From an uncultured Solirubrobacterales bacterium (GTDB lineage Bacteria > Actinomycetota > Thermoleophilia > Solirubrobacterales > Solirubrobacteraceae), in the NCBI GenBank assembly GCA_963803595.1, contig CAWDNF010000019.1, positions 23,383 to 87,382 of the forward strand: DNA of 64,000 nucleotides, in the 5' to 3' direction. The stretch's first letter is position 1. Each line of letters starts with the position of its first letter. Below are positions 26,351 to 36,500 of this stretch, piece after piece. The notes under the pieces were generated by a model. That model was given only the letters and a program-made list of their open reading frames with translations, had not been told where the DNA came from and did no database searches. A program made the translations under genes and the position numbers.

Positions 26351-28275
26351 TTGTCCTCATTCACCCGCGTGCGAGCCAAAGGGAGCGTCGGGCGCCGCTC
26401 AATTGCCGTCGGACGACGCGGTCGGCCGGGCCGCAGCTCCGGAAAAACGAGCAGAGCGGCGAGCCTGGCCGCGACCCGTCGTGGGGTCAGCGCGATCGCG
26501 CCAAGCCAGACGACGAGCGCGAGGCGAATCGTCACCGAGACGTCGAACCGCCGCCTGGCCGCCTGACACGCATCCCGCATCAGGGTGAGCCGGCGATCGC
26601 CGCTGATCGGATGTTCCGACGGCGCCAGACGCAAAGAGATCAAACGCACCGCGACGTTCGACAGCGAGACAACCCGCCTGGGCCGATCGAGCGACAGCCG
26701 GTCGGCCAGCTCTTCCACGGCCTCGAGCGTCGTCGCCTGGTATTCGACTTCGCGGCGGATCCGGGCCAGATCGAGCACCGGCGAGGCCGGCTCGAAGGCG
26801 TTGGCGCCGTGCACGCGGTAGAGGCCGCCCAGCTCCTCCAAGGCCGCGACGGGACCGAGCAGGCTCGTCAGGTGGACCAGGTACCAGTCGGCGCCCCAGC
26901 GTCCGTAGTTGTCCTCCGGGATGGGCATGATCGCCCTCAATGCGTCGGCACGGAATGCATTTGCGCTCATCGCAGCCCACGGCATGTCGAAAGGAAACGA
27001 CAGCTCCGAGCGCCGAAGGTCGCCGCGGGGCAGAGCACGATTCCGCGCCGGCCGAGTCGCTCCGAGCGAGTGGCCCAGGCCGTCGATCAGCTCCACGCGC
27101 CAGTGGACGCGGACCGCGTCGGGCGCTCGCGCCAGCGCCGCCGCGGCGCTGGCTGCAGTGCCACGGCACAGGACATCGTCGGCGTCCAGAAAGATCACGA
27201 CCTCTCCGCGGCAGCGCTCAAACCCGGCGTTGAGCGCCGACGCCTGGCCGCCATTGGCCTTGCGCACGAGCTCGATCGCCTCGCCATAGGACTCGAGGAT
27301 CTCGAGCGAGCCGTCGCTCGAGCCGTCGTCGACTACGACCACGTGGACGTCGGGATGGTCCTGGGCCAGCGCGCTGTCCACCGCCGCCCTCAGATAGTCG
27401 GCGTAGTTGTAGTTGTTGACGACGATGTCGACCGCGGGGAGGCGGGCCGGCACGACGTGTTCGCTCAAGGGAATCGCGGGCTGAGGAGGTCGCACGCCGA
27501 GCAGGCCGTTGAGCGGCGGCACGATCAGCGCCGTCGCCTGACGGTAAGGAGCACCCTGGCTGCCTCGGTAGAGCTTGGCGGTGACGAGCGCAGCGATCGG
27601 GACCGACAGCTTCAGTGGGACCTCGAATTGGGCCGTGCCTCCGGGTTTGAGGACCAGGCGGCGAGCGACCACGAACGGCTTGCTGTTCGCCTTCTGGATC
27701 ACCAGCCGAAACGCGGTCGTGCGCTGCTCGGCGCTGGAGACGCCGATGCGGACCGCGGGCGAGGAGCCTTGGACGCCCGTGAACATCCAGAGTTCGGTGT
27801 AACCCACGGCGTGAGGCGCCTTGAGCGGGATTCGGGAGAGGGCGAACGCACCTCCGGCCAGGACGAGGGCGAGTGTCAGGGCCAGGGCTTCCGATACACG
27901 CAGGCGGATCGCCCAACGGCGCGGGCGCGGAAGCTGGGGACGGCGAAGCGTGGCCACTGCGGCGGCACCCAGCACGACGACGAGGAGGAGCGCGACCCAT
28001 GAGTTGCGGCGAAGGCCCCCGGGTAGTACGTCGAGGATCACCGCGCCGATCACAAGCGTCGCGAAGCTCAGCGCGAGCGTGAGCATCATCGCCTGTGGGC
28101 CGCCGAGCGGCTGGCGCGGGAAGAGCGCGCGGGTGATCGCATAGCCCGGCAGGACAAGGCACAGAGGAACGGCGAACACCGCGCGCACCGCGGTTAGCGG
28201 GACGCGGAGCACGACCGCCGCGCAGATGAGAGCCGCGGCGACCACGAGCTGAATGCGACGCTGTTCCGGGCTCAC
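26338..28275 (-). CDS. DUF1616-like membrane protein read in frame with a GT2 glycosyltransferase (probably two genes, GT2 from TTG27468)
   Basis: About five TM helices with LPGY and YTELW; then NNYNY, DDGSSD, NGGQASALN, FLDADD. Confidence 0.75.
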   Translation of the reverse strand: MSPEQRRIQLVVAAALICAAVVLRVPLTAVRAVFAVPLCLVLPGYAITRALFPRQPLGGPQAMMLTLALSFATLVIGAVILDVLPGGLRRNSWVALLLVVVLGAAAVATLRRPQLPRPRRWAIRLRVSEALALTLALVLAGGAFALSRIPLKAPHAVGYTELWMFTGVQGSSPAVRIGVSSAEQRTTAFRLVIQKANSKPFVVARRLVLKPGGTAQFEVPLKLSVPIAALVTAKLYRGSQGAPYRQATALIVPPLNGLLGVRPPQPAIPLSEHVVPARLPAVDIVVNNYNYADYLRAAVDSALAQDHPDVHVVVVDDGSSDGSLEILESYGEAIELVRKANGGQASALNAGFERCRGEVVIFLDADDVLCRGTAASAAAALARAPDAVRVHWRVELIDGLGHSLGATRPARNRALPRGDLRRSELSFPFDMPWAAMSANAFRADALRAIMPIPEDNYGRWGADWYLVHLTSLLGPVAALEELGGLYRVHGANAFEPASPVLDLARIRREVEYQATTLEAVEELADRLSLDRPRRVVSLSNVAVRLISLRLAPSEHPISGDRRLTLMRDACQAARRRFDVSVTIRLALVVWLGAIALTPRRVAARLAALLVFPELRPGRPRRPTAIERRPTLPLARTRVNEDKCES

Positions 28276-30311
28276 GGCACCTCGGTCAGGTCGAAGATCT
28301 GGATGTGGCCTGAGTCGAACACGATCGGGGCCGGGAGATCGGCGAACTTCGAGGCCACCCCGCTGGGCAAGAGCCGATCGGGCCCGCCCGCGGCCCGGCT
28401 GAGCGAAAAGGCGAAGCCTTGGGCGGTGTCGTCCGAGCGCACCCGGTCATCGACCACTATGTAATGGAGGTGTCCCCGGCGCAGCGGTGTCAACTCGAAG
28501 CCCAGATTGGGCGTGGTGAGGATGTGGTTGAGGTCGAACTCGGGACCGGAGGCGGTCTGCGAGTCGCCGTAGACGAGAATCGTGCGGGCTTCGGACTCGG
28601 GGGCTCCGAACCGCGCCCCGCGCAGGTGCGAGTAGACCCATTTGCCCACCGCGATCGAGTCCGAGTCGAGCGTCCGCCCGTTGGAGGCAACGATGTGGAC
28701 CGGTGCTGCCAACACGGCGCCCGTCGGCCATCCCGAGATTGCGTCACCCACCACGACCACGCAGGCGCCGGCCGCGGCGATCAGTGGGAGCATCCGGAGT
28801 CGCCCGGTGATGGCGCGTCCAAGGGGACGCGATGCAATCGCATAGGCAACGACAAGCGCCAGCCCGATGAACAGGAACTCGCCGGTGCGGTTGGCAATCT
28901 CCCAGGCGCTCGGTGCCAGGCGCAGCCCGAGCACGGCGAAGAATCCGAGCCCGGCCACGCAGAGCAGCAGCGCGATTGGGTCGCGCTTGCGCCGGCGCCA
29001 CGCGCCTCGCAGCCCATAGGGAAGCGCCAGGGCGAGCACTCCGAGCGCAGCGAAGCTCAGCACCCGCTCCCCTAGGGGGACCGTCGGCGCTCCGCCTCCG
29101 CCCTGAAATGGCGCCCGGGGGGCGGACTCCCCGAGAATCGTGTGGAGCGTCTGCTTGAACGCCTGCGTGGCGACCGGCGAGATGTAGCCGACTGTGATGC
29201 TGGCCACGACCACCAACCAGGCGATCACGGCCGCCCACGTCACGAGCGTAAGCGGCCAGAGCTTGAGCGGCGCGAAGCGCTTTCTCAAAAGCCACGACGC
29301 GATGCTCAGGACGAGCAGCATGACGGCCAGGAGATAGGAGGTGAGATGGTGGGTGATCACCACCGCCACCACGACAAGGCTTATCGGAATAGCCCAGGTC
29401 CGGACGGGCAACCCCACCTTGATGCGCGCCGCCCGCTGCGCAATGAGCGCCAGGACGACGACCATCAGGGGCAGCGCCAACGACTCGTAGGAGAACTGAG
29501 CGCCCCATAGCAGGAAGTTGCTGTTGCCGGCGTAGGCCGCGGCGCCAAGGCCCGCGATCCGCCAGGAGCGGCTGAGTGTCAGGAACAGCACCAGTAGCCC
29601 GAGCATCAGCATCAGCCGCGCCGCCCCGATCACGATCAGCCCGGCCCCAAAGCTCGACAGCCCCGTGAGGCTCATCAGTGCGTACGTCGCTCCCTCGAGC
29701 CCTGGATAGCGGGCGGTCACCGGCAGGCCGACGTTGGCCGAGAACAGCTTGTGATGGCGGGCGATCTGCTCTGCGTTGAAAGCGTGGAAGAACTCGTCGG
29801 GCATCGTGTAGCCGAACGGATCTCGCATCAACTTGACCACATAGAGCCCCAGGCCAAGCATCAACACGAGCGCGATGCGCTCGCCCGGCGAGGCGTCCTC
29901 GGCGCACAGTCGAAACACGATCGGCCCGACGATCACGGCCACACCTAGCCAGAACAGCCAGATCGAAGGATGGAGGGTCGCTCTGGAGAGCGCATCCACC
30001 CCGGAGCAGATCGCCAATCCGGCGCCAGTGCTCACGGCGACGAGTGGGATCCGTCCTAGGCCGGTGGGCGGAGGGCGCTGGGCCGGCGCCGGCTCAGCGC
30101 CCGCCGGGCGGTGTTCTGGGGCGGCTCGAGGTGGCTCGGCGTCACGCTCACCCTCGGGAGCGCGTTCACTCTCGGGAGGGCGGGCCGGAGCGGCCGGCAC
30201 GACGAGCTCTATCGCGGCCGCCAGACCTGCCACCGCGTCGATCGCCGCCGCCGCACCAGGCGGCCCAGCGGCAGTCGATTCAGGGCCCCTGGGCGCCCCT
30301 GCGCCGCTCAT
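28272..30311 (-). CDS. Polytopic membrane protein, possible GT-C-type glycosyltransferase or polymerase
   Basis: More than 10 hydrophobic segments; loop motif DE..H, YPGLE, YESLA, THHLT; soluble C-terminal domain. Start ATG30311 chosen (ORF extends to 30491). Confidence 0.6.
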   Translation of the reverse strand: MSGAGAPRGPESTAAGPPGAAAAIDAVAGLAAAIELVVPAAPARPPESERAPEGERDAEPPRAAPEHRPAGAEPAPAQRPPPTGLGRIPLVAVSTGAGLAICSGVDALSRATLHPSIWLFWLGVAVIVGPIVFRLCAEDASPGERIALVLMLGLGLYVVKLMRDPFGYTMPDEFFHAFNAEQIARHHKLFSANVGLPVTARYPGLEGATYALMSLTGLSSFGAGLIVIGAARLMLMLGLLVLFLTLSRSWRIAGLGAAAYAGNSNFLLWGAQFSYESLALPLMVVVLALIAQRAARIKVGLPVRTWAIPISLVVVAVVITHHLTSYLLAVMLLVLSIASWLLRKRFAPLKLWPLTLVTWAAVIAWLVVVASITVGYISPVATQAFKQTLHTILGESAPRAPFQGGGGAPTVPLGERVLSFAALGVLALALPYGLRGAWRRRKRDPIALLLCVAGLGFFAVLGLRLAPSAWEIANRTGEFLFIGLALVVAYAIASRPLGRAITGRLRMLPLIAAAGACVVVVGDAISGWPTGAVLAAPVHIVASNGRTLDSDSIAVGKWVYSHLRGARFGAPESEARTILVYGDSQTASGPEFDLNHILTTPNLGFELTPLRRGHLHYIVVDDRVRSDDTAQGFAFSLSRAAGGPDRLLPSGVASKFADLPAPIVFDSGHIQIFDLTEVP

Positions 30312-30446
30312 CTCTTCGTTGGGATTTTGCGACCGAGGCGAAATCGTCGGCGCGTCGTCGCCGACATTTATTCGAGATACTCGGCCGGGATCAGGGATAC
30401 GGATTCCTTTTTGGGCGTCAGGTTCCGGACACTCTCGGCCGATCAT

Positions 30447-30475
30447 GTGCAAATTACAAACTTTTGGTGTATCAT
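30447..30475 (+). promoter_or_regulatory. Putative sigma70 promoter for GT2 at 30554
   Basis: GTGCAA-17 bp-TATCAT in an AT-rich divergent intergenic region. Confidence 0.45.
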
Positions 30476-30553
30476 GCGTGATCGACAGCACCCGACTCGC
30501 CCGGCGAGGCCCAGATCAGCCTTAATCCGGAACCAGGGGGGCCGCAAGCGCAC

Positions 30554-31708
30554 ATGACGATCACAGTTCTATCGGTAGTTGTACTTCTCCTTTGCAGCCG
30601 GGCCCTCGTGTCCGTTGAGACCCGCCGGCGCAATCGGAGCCAGCTCCGCCGCGGGCACGAGCAGCGGCCGGGGGCGGCATCTCCGCCGCTTCCGTCGACC
30701 GGCGCTACCCCGCTGCGGCCGCCTACCGTCTCGGTAGTCGTCCCGGCGATCAACGAGGAGGGCTGCATCGGCTGGGTTCTCGAGCAGATGCCCGAGTGGA
30801 TCTCGGAGGTCGTGCTGGTGGATGGCCGCTCGATCGATCGGACCGAGGTCGTGGCACGCACCGTGTTCCCCAGTCTCGTGGTCGTTCACCAGCCTCAGCC
30901 GGGCAAGGGAGCAGCCCTGCGAGCAGGTTTTGCCGCTGCCACCGGCGACATCATCGTGATGCTCGACGCCGACGGCAGCACGAACCCGGCCGAGATCGAG
31001 CGCTTCGTCCAAGCGCTCCAGGACGGAGCACAGTTCGTCAAGGGATCTCGCCAGATGCCTGATGGCGGGTCCGCCGACCTGACGCTCGTACGCGGGCTCG
31101 GCAACCGAGCGCTGGTGAAGTTCACGAACCTCCTGCACGGCTGCCACTTCACCGACCTCTGCTACGGCTACTGCGCGTTCTGGCGGCGCGACCTCCCCGC
31201 CCTCGCCCTGGCGGCGGACGGCTTCGAGGTCGAGACCGAGCTCATCCTCAGCGCGGTCAGAGCCGGGCTGAGCATCTGCGAGGTGCCGAGCGTGGAGCTT
31301 CCGCGACTGGCCGGCACGTCCAACCTGCACGCTTTCCGGGACGGGCGCCGCGTGCTCGCGACGATCTTCAGCCAGCGGGCCGGACGGATGAGCTGGCGGG
31401 CGCTGCCCCATCCACGCGTCAAGCTCGTGCCGGCGCAGGTTGCCTCCCCCGGGTCGCCCGAGTGGGTCCCGGCCGGCAAGGACAGGCGCCGGAACGACCG
31501 GCGCGTCCTCAGCCCCGAGGTGGCGGGTTACGCCGGCCCGGAGCGCCGCCGGACCGACCGCCGCACCGAGCCGGGGCAGACCGTGATCGTCTACCGCGCG
31601 GTGGAGGAGCTCGTGGCTCCGTCTGCGGCGCCGGCCCGGGAGGAGATCATGCTCCCTACGCCCGCTCCGGCTCTCGAGCAGCCGGCCTCGGCGACGGCCA
31701 CCGGCTAG
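30554..31708 (+). CDS. DPM1-like GT2 (polyprenol-phosphate glycosyltransferase) with Arg-rich C-terminal tail
   Basis: VVVPAINEE, DGRSID, GKG.A, DADGS, GSR, TDLCYGY, GFEVETE; tail DRRRNDRR..YAGPERRR. Confidence 0.88.
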   Translation: MTITVLSVVVLLLCSRALVSVETRRRNRSQLRRGHEQRPGAASPPLPSTGATPLRPPTVSVVVPAINEEGCIGWVLEQMPEWISEVVLVDGRSIDRTEVVARTVFPSLVVVHQPQPGKGAALRAGFAAATGDIIVMLDADGSTNPAEIERFVQALQDGAQFVKGSRQMPDGGSADLTLVRGLGNRALVKFTNLLHGCHFTDLCYGYCAFWRRDLPALALAADGFEVETELILSAVRAGLSICEVPSVELPRLAGTSNLHAFRDGRRVLATIFSQRAGRMSWRALPHPRVKLVPAQVASPGSPEWVPAGKDRRRNDRRVLSPEVAGYAGPERRRTDRRTEPGQTVIVYRAVEELVAPSAAPAREEIMLPTPAPALEQPASATATG

Positions 31709-32445
31709 CCCGGCCGGCTCGCCAGCAAGAACGTCGACACGGCAAAGAACCTGGCGAACGGCGAGCGCTCGATCGCCGCGAGATTCCGCCTGTACCAGGC
31801 TGTGAGGCGGCTCGGGAGCCATGGATACTGCTCGAACTGCGCCAGTGCCCAGCCCCGGTGCTCAACTCGCAGGCCGGCCTCGGCGACGAGCCGAGTCAGC
31901 TCGCGAGGCCAGTAGTTGCGGGCGCAAGCCACGCGATAGGTAACCCGCCGCGGTAGCCACGGCATGAGCGGCACGGGCTTGTCGAGGATCGTCCGCTCCG
32001 GCGACCAGCGCGCCCCGTGGCCCTCGAAGGGAAACCACCGGTTGGGGCTAAACAGCGCCAACCGTCCGCCCGGACGCAGCACACGGGCCGCCTCCCTCGT
32101 GGTTAGGGCGTCGTCGTGGACGTGCTCGAGCACCTCGTTGAGCAGCACGCCGTCGAAGCAGGCATCGTCGAACGGCAGGCGCTCGCCCTCCCCGAGCTGA
32201 AAACGCACCGTCGCCGGGTGTGGCAGGTCCTCGGCCTTCGCCACCAGCCCGGGGTCGACCTCGAGCCCAACCACGCTGCTCGCGCCGCGCTCAGCCAGTC
32301 CGACGGCGTAGAACCCATCGGCACATCCGATGTCCAGCCAAGCGCCGGAGATCGATCCGAACCGCTGCACCTTCTCGAGCCGGTAGGGCAGGACGCCGCC
32401 GTAGGCGGTGTGATGGCCCGGTTCATGGAAGCGCGGCTGGCTCAT
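31705..32445 (-). CDS. Class I SAM-dependent methyltransferase
   Basis: LDIGCADG, LPFDD..FD, VLEHV, RVLRPGG. ATG32445 overlaps the flippase stop. Confidence 0.88.
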   Translation of the reverse strand: MSQPRFHEPGHHTAYGGVLPYRLEKVQRFGSISGAWLDIGCADGFYAVGLAERGASSVVGLEVDPGLVAKAEDLPHPATVRFQLGEGERLPFDDACFDGVLLNEVLEHVHDDALTTREAARVLRPGGRLALFSPNRWFPFEGHGARWSPERTILDKPVPLMPWLPRRVTYRVACARNYWPRELTRLVAEAGLRVEHRGWALAQFEQYPWLPSRLTAWYRRNLAAIERSPFARFFAVSTFLLASRPG

Positions 32446-33806
32446 CTTGGTGCCCGATCCGAGCCGGCCAGGCCGACCGTCTCGCCGGCCGATGACGAGT
32501 CTGATCTGCCGCCGCGGTACGCGCGCCAGATCCGAGGCACGCAGAGGACGGCCGCCAGGACCTGCGCCACCAGCCATCCTGTCGCCGCGCCCTCGATGCC
32601 GATCGCGGGAACCAGCACGATGCTGAGAACGAGCATCAGGATTGCATCGCTCACTTCCACGATTGCGACAAACCTTCCGTCATGGTGGACGCGGGCCAGG
32701 CCGAGCCCGAGCATCGAGACCGCATGCGGCAGCGTGGCGATGACCAGGAGGCGCAAGGTCAGCGAGCCGGTGCGGGCGTAGCTGTGACCGAACAGCCCGA
32801 GGATCTGCGGGGCGGCGAGCAGGACAACGGCGACAATCGGCAAGAGCAGCCGTGCGGTGCCGATCACTACGCCGCGCAGATGCTCGCGCCGACGCGTCTC
32901 GTCGAAGCCGGCCTCGACCGTCATCGAGGTGGCCATGTTCTGGGCCACGAGCCGTATTCCCATGCTGATCGTCCAGGGCACGAAGAAGAACGCGGCCTGT
33001 CGCGCGCCCGCCAGATTGAGCACGAGCACCGGCAGGAAGAAGGCGATGAACAGCCCGGAGAAGTCCCCTGCGAAGTTGCCTATGACGAGCTTCCGCAGGT
33101 CGGCGCGACGCCACCCGGGAATCCCTCCAGCTGTCCGCCTGACGTGCGCCGGGATGAAGCGGACGAAGATGGCCAGGTTGACTGGGATGAGAATGCCGAC
33201 CAGCGGGATCATCCAGGCGAGCGCGACTCCGGATTTGGGGTGACTCGAGGCGAGCAGGATGACCAAAGCGATCTTGGCGATCCCGAAGCTGATGTTCTCC
33301 ACCGGGACCCATCGCGCCTGACGCAGTCCGGTCATCACGCTGTCCTGGAGCACGGAGATCGTCGATGCCACGGTCATCACGACGAACAGGGCAAACCAGC
33401 TGGTCTGGTCGGCGATGTAGCCGAGCGAGGGAGACCACAGCCCCGCTGTCGCCGCCGCCGCGAGTCCCAGAAAGAGGCTGACTGTGCCGGCTGCCGCGTA
33501 GGTGATGAGCACAAAGCGGCGAGTTCGCAGGCCAGATGCCGGCAAGTAACGGGGGAGCACGCCGGTCATCCCGAGCTGGGCGATCCCTGATACGAGGGAC
33601 AGCGCCGAGATCATGGCGGCGGCCTGGCCTACGTTGCGGGCCGAGTAATGCCGTCCGGCCAGCGCCCAGAACGGCAAGCCGAGCAGCGACGTGGAGAACG
33701 CGGTGACGATCAGGAGGTACGCCGTCGTATAGAGCGGCGTCGAGACGTGCTCGCGAAGCTTGCTCGGGCTGAGGCGGCGCGCTCGCTGGGGGGCACGGGC
33801 GGCCAT
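32442..33806 (-). CDS. Wzx-like oligosaccharide flippase
   Basis: About 12 TM segments, LGLPFWALAGR, ILGLFG.SY, GIEGAA.GW, in a glycosyltransferase cluster. Confidence 0.8.
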   Translation of the reverse strand: MAARAPQRARRLSPSKLREHVSTPLYTTAYLLIVTAFSTSLLGLPFWALAGRHYSARNVGQAAAMISALSLVSGIAQLGMTGVLPRYLPASGLRTRRFVLITYAAAGTVSLFLGLAAAATAGLWSPSLGYIADQTSWFALFVVMTVASTISVLQDSVMTGLRQARWVPVENISFGIAKIALVILLASSHPKSGVALAWMIPLVGILIPVNLAIFVRFIPAHVRRTAGGIPGWRRADLRKLVIGNFAGDFSGLFIAFFLPVLVLNLAGARQAAFFFVPWTISMGIRLVAQNMATSMTVEAGFDETRRREHLRGVVIGTARLLLPIVAVVLLAAPQILGLFGHSYARTGSLTLRLLVIATLPHAVSMLGLGLARVHHDGRFVAIVEVSDAILMLVLSIVLVPAIGIEGAATGWLVAQVLAAVLCVPRIWRAYRGGRSDSSSAGETVGLAGSDRAPR

Positions 33807-33860
33807 CGCCGGGCGCAGGTTACTGTCGGGGGTGGCTGGCGGTGGGGGCCGGCTCGCGGG

Positions 33861-35060
33861 CTAGTGACAAGCCGCCGCCGAGGCGACCGGCCCTGGGATC
33901 GGGCCTGCCGTGTGGGGACACAGAGCGCCTCCGCCGCTGTACTCGTCGTGCTTGACGCCGGCCGCGAAAGCCTTCGCCGAAGAGCTCCGGAGCGGAATCG
34001 GGAAGTCGAGACCGCTCTCGTAGCGCTGGAACCACACCACGCCCTTGACCAGCGGGAAGTCCTTGGGGATCTCGTTGAACATGTCAGAGATCCACTTCGC
34101 GCGGTTGCCGCCGCGTCCGACTGATGCCACCTCGCCGAGGATCATCGGCTTACCCTGGCCGAGCCGCTCAGCGCGCTGGTACGAAGAGGCCACCAGCGTG
34201 TGGAAGCTCAGCCAGCCGCCCGCGCCACGTCGCTCGGGCCCGAAGTTGTAGGCATCGAGACAGGTCCAGTCGACGTACTGATCGCCGGGGTAGAGGCGCT
34301 CCATCGGGTACCACGCCCGCTTGTTGTCGGTATTGGGACACCACACCCACGTAACGCTGGTGGCGCCCGCCGCGGCGAAGATGTCGTGCACGTGGCGCCA
34401 GGCCGCGACGAAGTCTGCCGGGCGGTTGTGGTTGACCCGCTGGCCCCACGGGAACCAGTTGCCGTTCATCTCCCAGTCGAAGCGCAGGAAGAACGGGTGC
34501 CCCCACTTTGCGGCGCCCTGCGCCCAGCGGCGAAGGTATTTGTCGTAGGCGCCGGACGCGATCTTGGACAGGCGGAAGTTGGGCTCGTTGAGGCTGGTCG
34601 GGACCGACTGCGAGCTCCAGCTGAGCATCGGGATCGCGCCGCGATTCCAGATCCTCCGCATTGCTTTGAACGGGAAGATGAACCATCGGCAGTGGCGGCC
34701 GGAGCACTGCGCCCACGGCGCGCCGAACTGGATCACGGACATGGGCTGACCCATCGCCTTGTCGAACGATTGCACCGGGCTCAGTCGCCACGGCACCGAG
34801 TCCTCGAACCAGGCGCCCCAGGCCAGCGAACGACCCCACGCCTGGCAGCCATTACAAGGCGCGGCTCCGTTGGTGGCTATCGCGGTGGCCGCCAAGGCGC
34901 AGACGAGCGCAACAGTCAATGCGACTATCACGCCCCTGCTCGCCCTGATCGCTGGCCGAGCACGCATGCGTGTCCGGTCTGCTTTCAAGCGTCGGCGCAG
35001 CCTAACAAGACTGCGGACAGATGCGGTCCCGAAGTCGGTTCCGCGCTGAGCACCCCGCAT
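33861..35060 (-). CDS. GH26-family glycoside hydrolase (paralogue 4, most divergent)
   Basis: N-terminal hydrophobic helix; FLRFDWEMNGNW, YPGDQYVDW, GEVA. Start uncertain (alternative ATG34967). Confidence 0.87.
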   Translation of the reverse strand: MRGAQRGTDFGTASVRSLVRLRRRLKADRTRMRARPAIRASRGVIVALTVALVCALAATAIATNGAAPCNGCQAWGRSLAWGAWFEDSVPWRLSPVQSFDKAMGQPMSVIQFGAPWAQCSGRHCRWFIFPFKAMRRIWNRGAIPMLSWSSQSVPTSLNEPNFRLSKIASGAYDKYLRRWAQGAAKWGHPFFLRFDWEMNGNWFPWGQRVNHNRPADFVAAWRHVHDIFAAAGATSVTWVWCPNTDNKRAWYPMERLYPGDQYVDWTCLDAYNFGPERRGAGGWLSFHTLVASSYQRAERLGQGKPMILGEVASVGRGGNRAKWISDMFNEIPKDFPLVKGVVWFQRYESGLDFPIPLRSSSAKAFAAGVKHDEYSGGGALCPHTAGPIPGPVASAAACH

Positions 35061-35233
35061 TCACCGAACAAATAACGGCGCCCGGACCGCCTTTCTTCAC
35101 TTCAGCCGGTCGAATTTAGGTCCAATGTCCACCTCCCGGGGGCGGTAATCAGGGCTGACGTGCGGTTCGAATAAACGTCCGCACGGACGACCGAGGCTGC
35201 AAAAAGCCCGTAGTACGGGCGATTTCACCTCTG

Positions 35234-36500
35234 ATGCGCATCCTGGTCCGCAAGCGGGTGACGGGCCTCGCCGTCCCCGCGACCGTCATTGCCTGCCTGC
35301 TGGGATCACCGGCGACACTGGCACGCCCTGCCGCGCCCGTGGCGCACGCGGCGCGGGTCGGAGCCCATGGCGCCGCCCATGGGGCCCTCCGCCCGCGCCA
35401 CCGGGCACGGGCCAGGTCCTGCGGGGAAACCCGTCATCGCGGCCGCCACCGCCGGCGCGCCGGGCGGGGCTGCCATGCCGTCCGCCGCCACGCTCACCTC
35501 GGCTACCGCCTCGCCCACCTGCGGGCCAGGGCCGCCAGCTCGGGTGCGTCGATCTACTGGGGAGCGGTGATCGGCAACCAGTTCACCGGGTCAGAGCCTC
35601 CGTGGGACTGGAGTGCGCTCGAAGGCTTCACCAACGCAGTCGGTCACGGCAAGGCGCCGAGCATCCTCCACTGGGGCTCGATGTTCTACTCCGACGCCTA
35701 TTGCAGCGGGTCCTGCCCGTTCACGACCGACATCTACGAGAAGGTGCGTGAACAGGGCGTGATCCCGTGGATCTCCTGGCAGAGCACGAGCTCACGCGGA
35801 GAGCGCGGCTACACGGACGCCGAGATAGCCGCCGGATCACAGGACGGCTACATCACCAGATGGGCCGAGGCAGCCAAGGCTTGGGGGCATCCGTTCTTCC
35901 TGCGCTTCGACTGGGAGATGAACGCTGGCTGGTTCCCCTGGGGCGTGGGCGCCAATGGCAACACGCCCGGGGAGCTACGTCGCCATGTGGCGCCACGTCC
36001 ACGACATCTTCACGCGCGTGGGGGCCACGAACGCCACCTGGGTCTGGTGCCCCAACATCGATCCGGCTCATTCCTTTGCCCCACTCGCCAGTCTCTACCC
36101 CGGCGACCGCTACGTCGACTGGACCTGTCTCGACGCCTACAACGGCGACGACCCGTGGCATAGCTTCCACGACCTGCTCGCGCCGTACTACAACCTGATC
36201 ACGGGCAACATCGCCCCCGGCAAACCGATGATCGTCGGTGAAACCGGCTGCACCGAGAGCGGCGGCTCTAAGGCACGGTGGATCTCGAACATGCTCGCCG
36301 ATCTGCCCGTGGACTTCCCGAAGGTCCACGGCGTGCTCTGGTACGACGTGTCGAGCTCAGGCCCGGGGGGTCACACCGACTGGCCGCTCGAGAGCTCGCC
36401 GAGCGCCGAGTCGGCGTTCGCCGCGGGCGTGAACAGCCCGGTCTACGCGACGAACCGCTACAGCACGCTCGACGCCGGTCCCATCACGCCGCCGTCTTGA
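35234..36500 (+). CDS. Secreted GH26-family glycoside hydrolase (paralogue 5; frameshift in GGGG 35969-35972)
   Basis: WEMNAGW in ORF 35234-36163 and GETG in ORF 35955-36500. Confidence 0.85.

Noticed and set aside
26338-28275. DUF1616-GT2 as a genuine novel fusion
   Set aside because: Predicted topology would put the nucleotide-sugar GT2 outside the cell, and a TTGA at 27465-27468 matches the usual stop/start overlap; more likely two genes joined by an indel.
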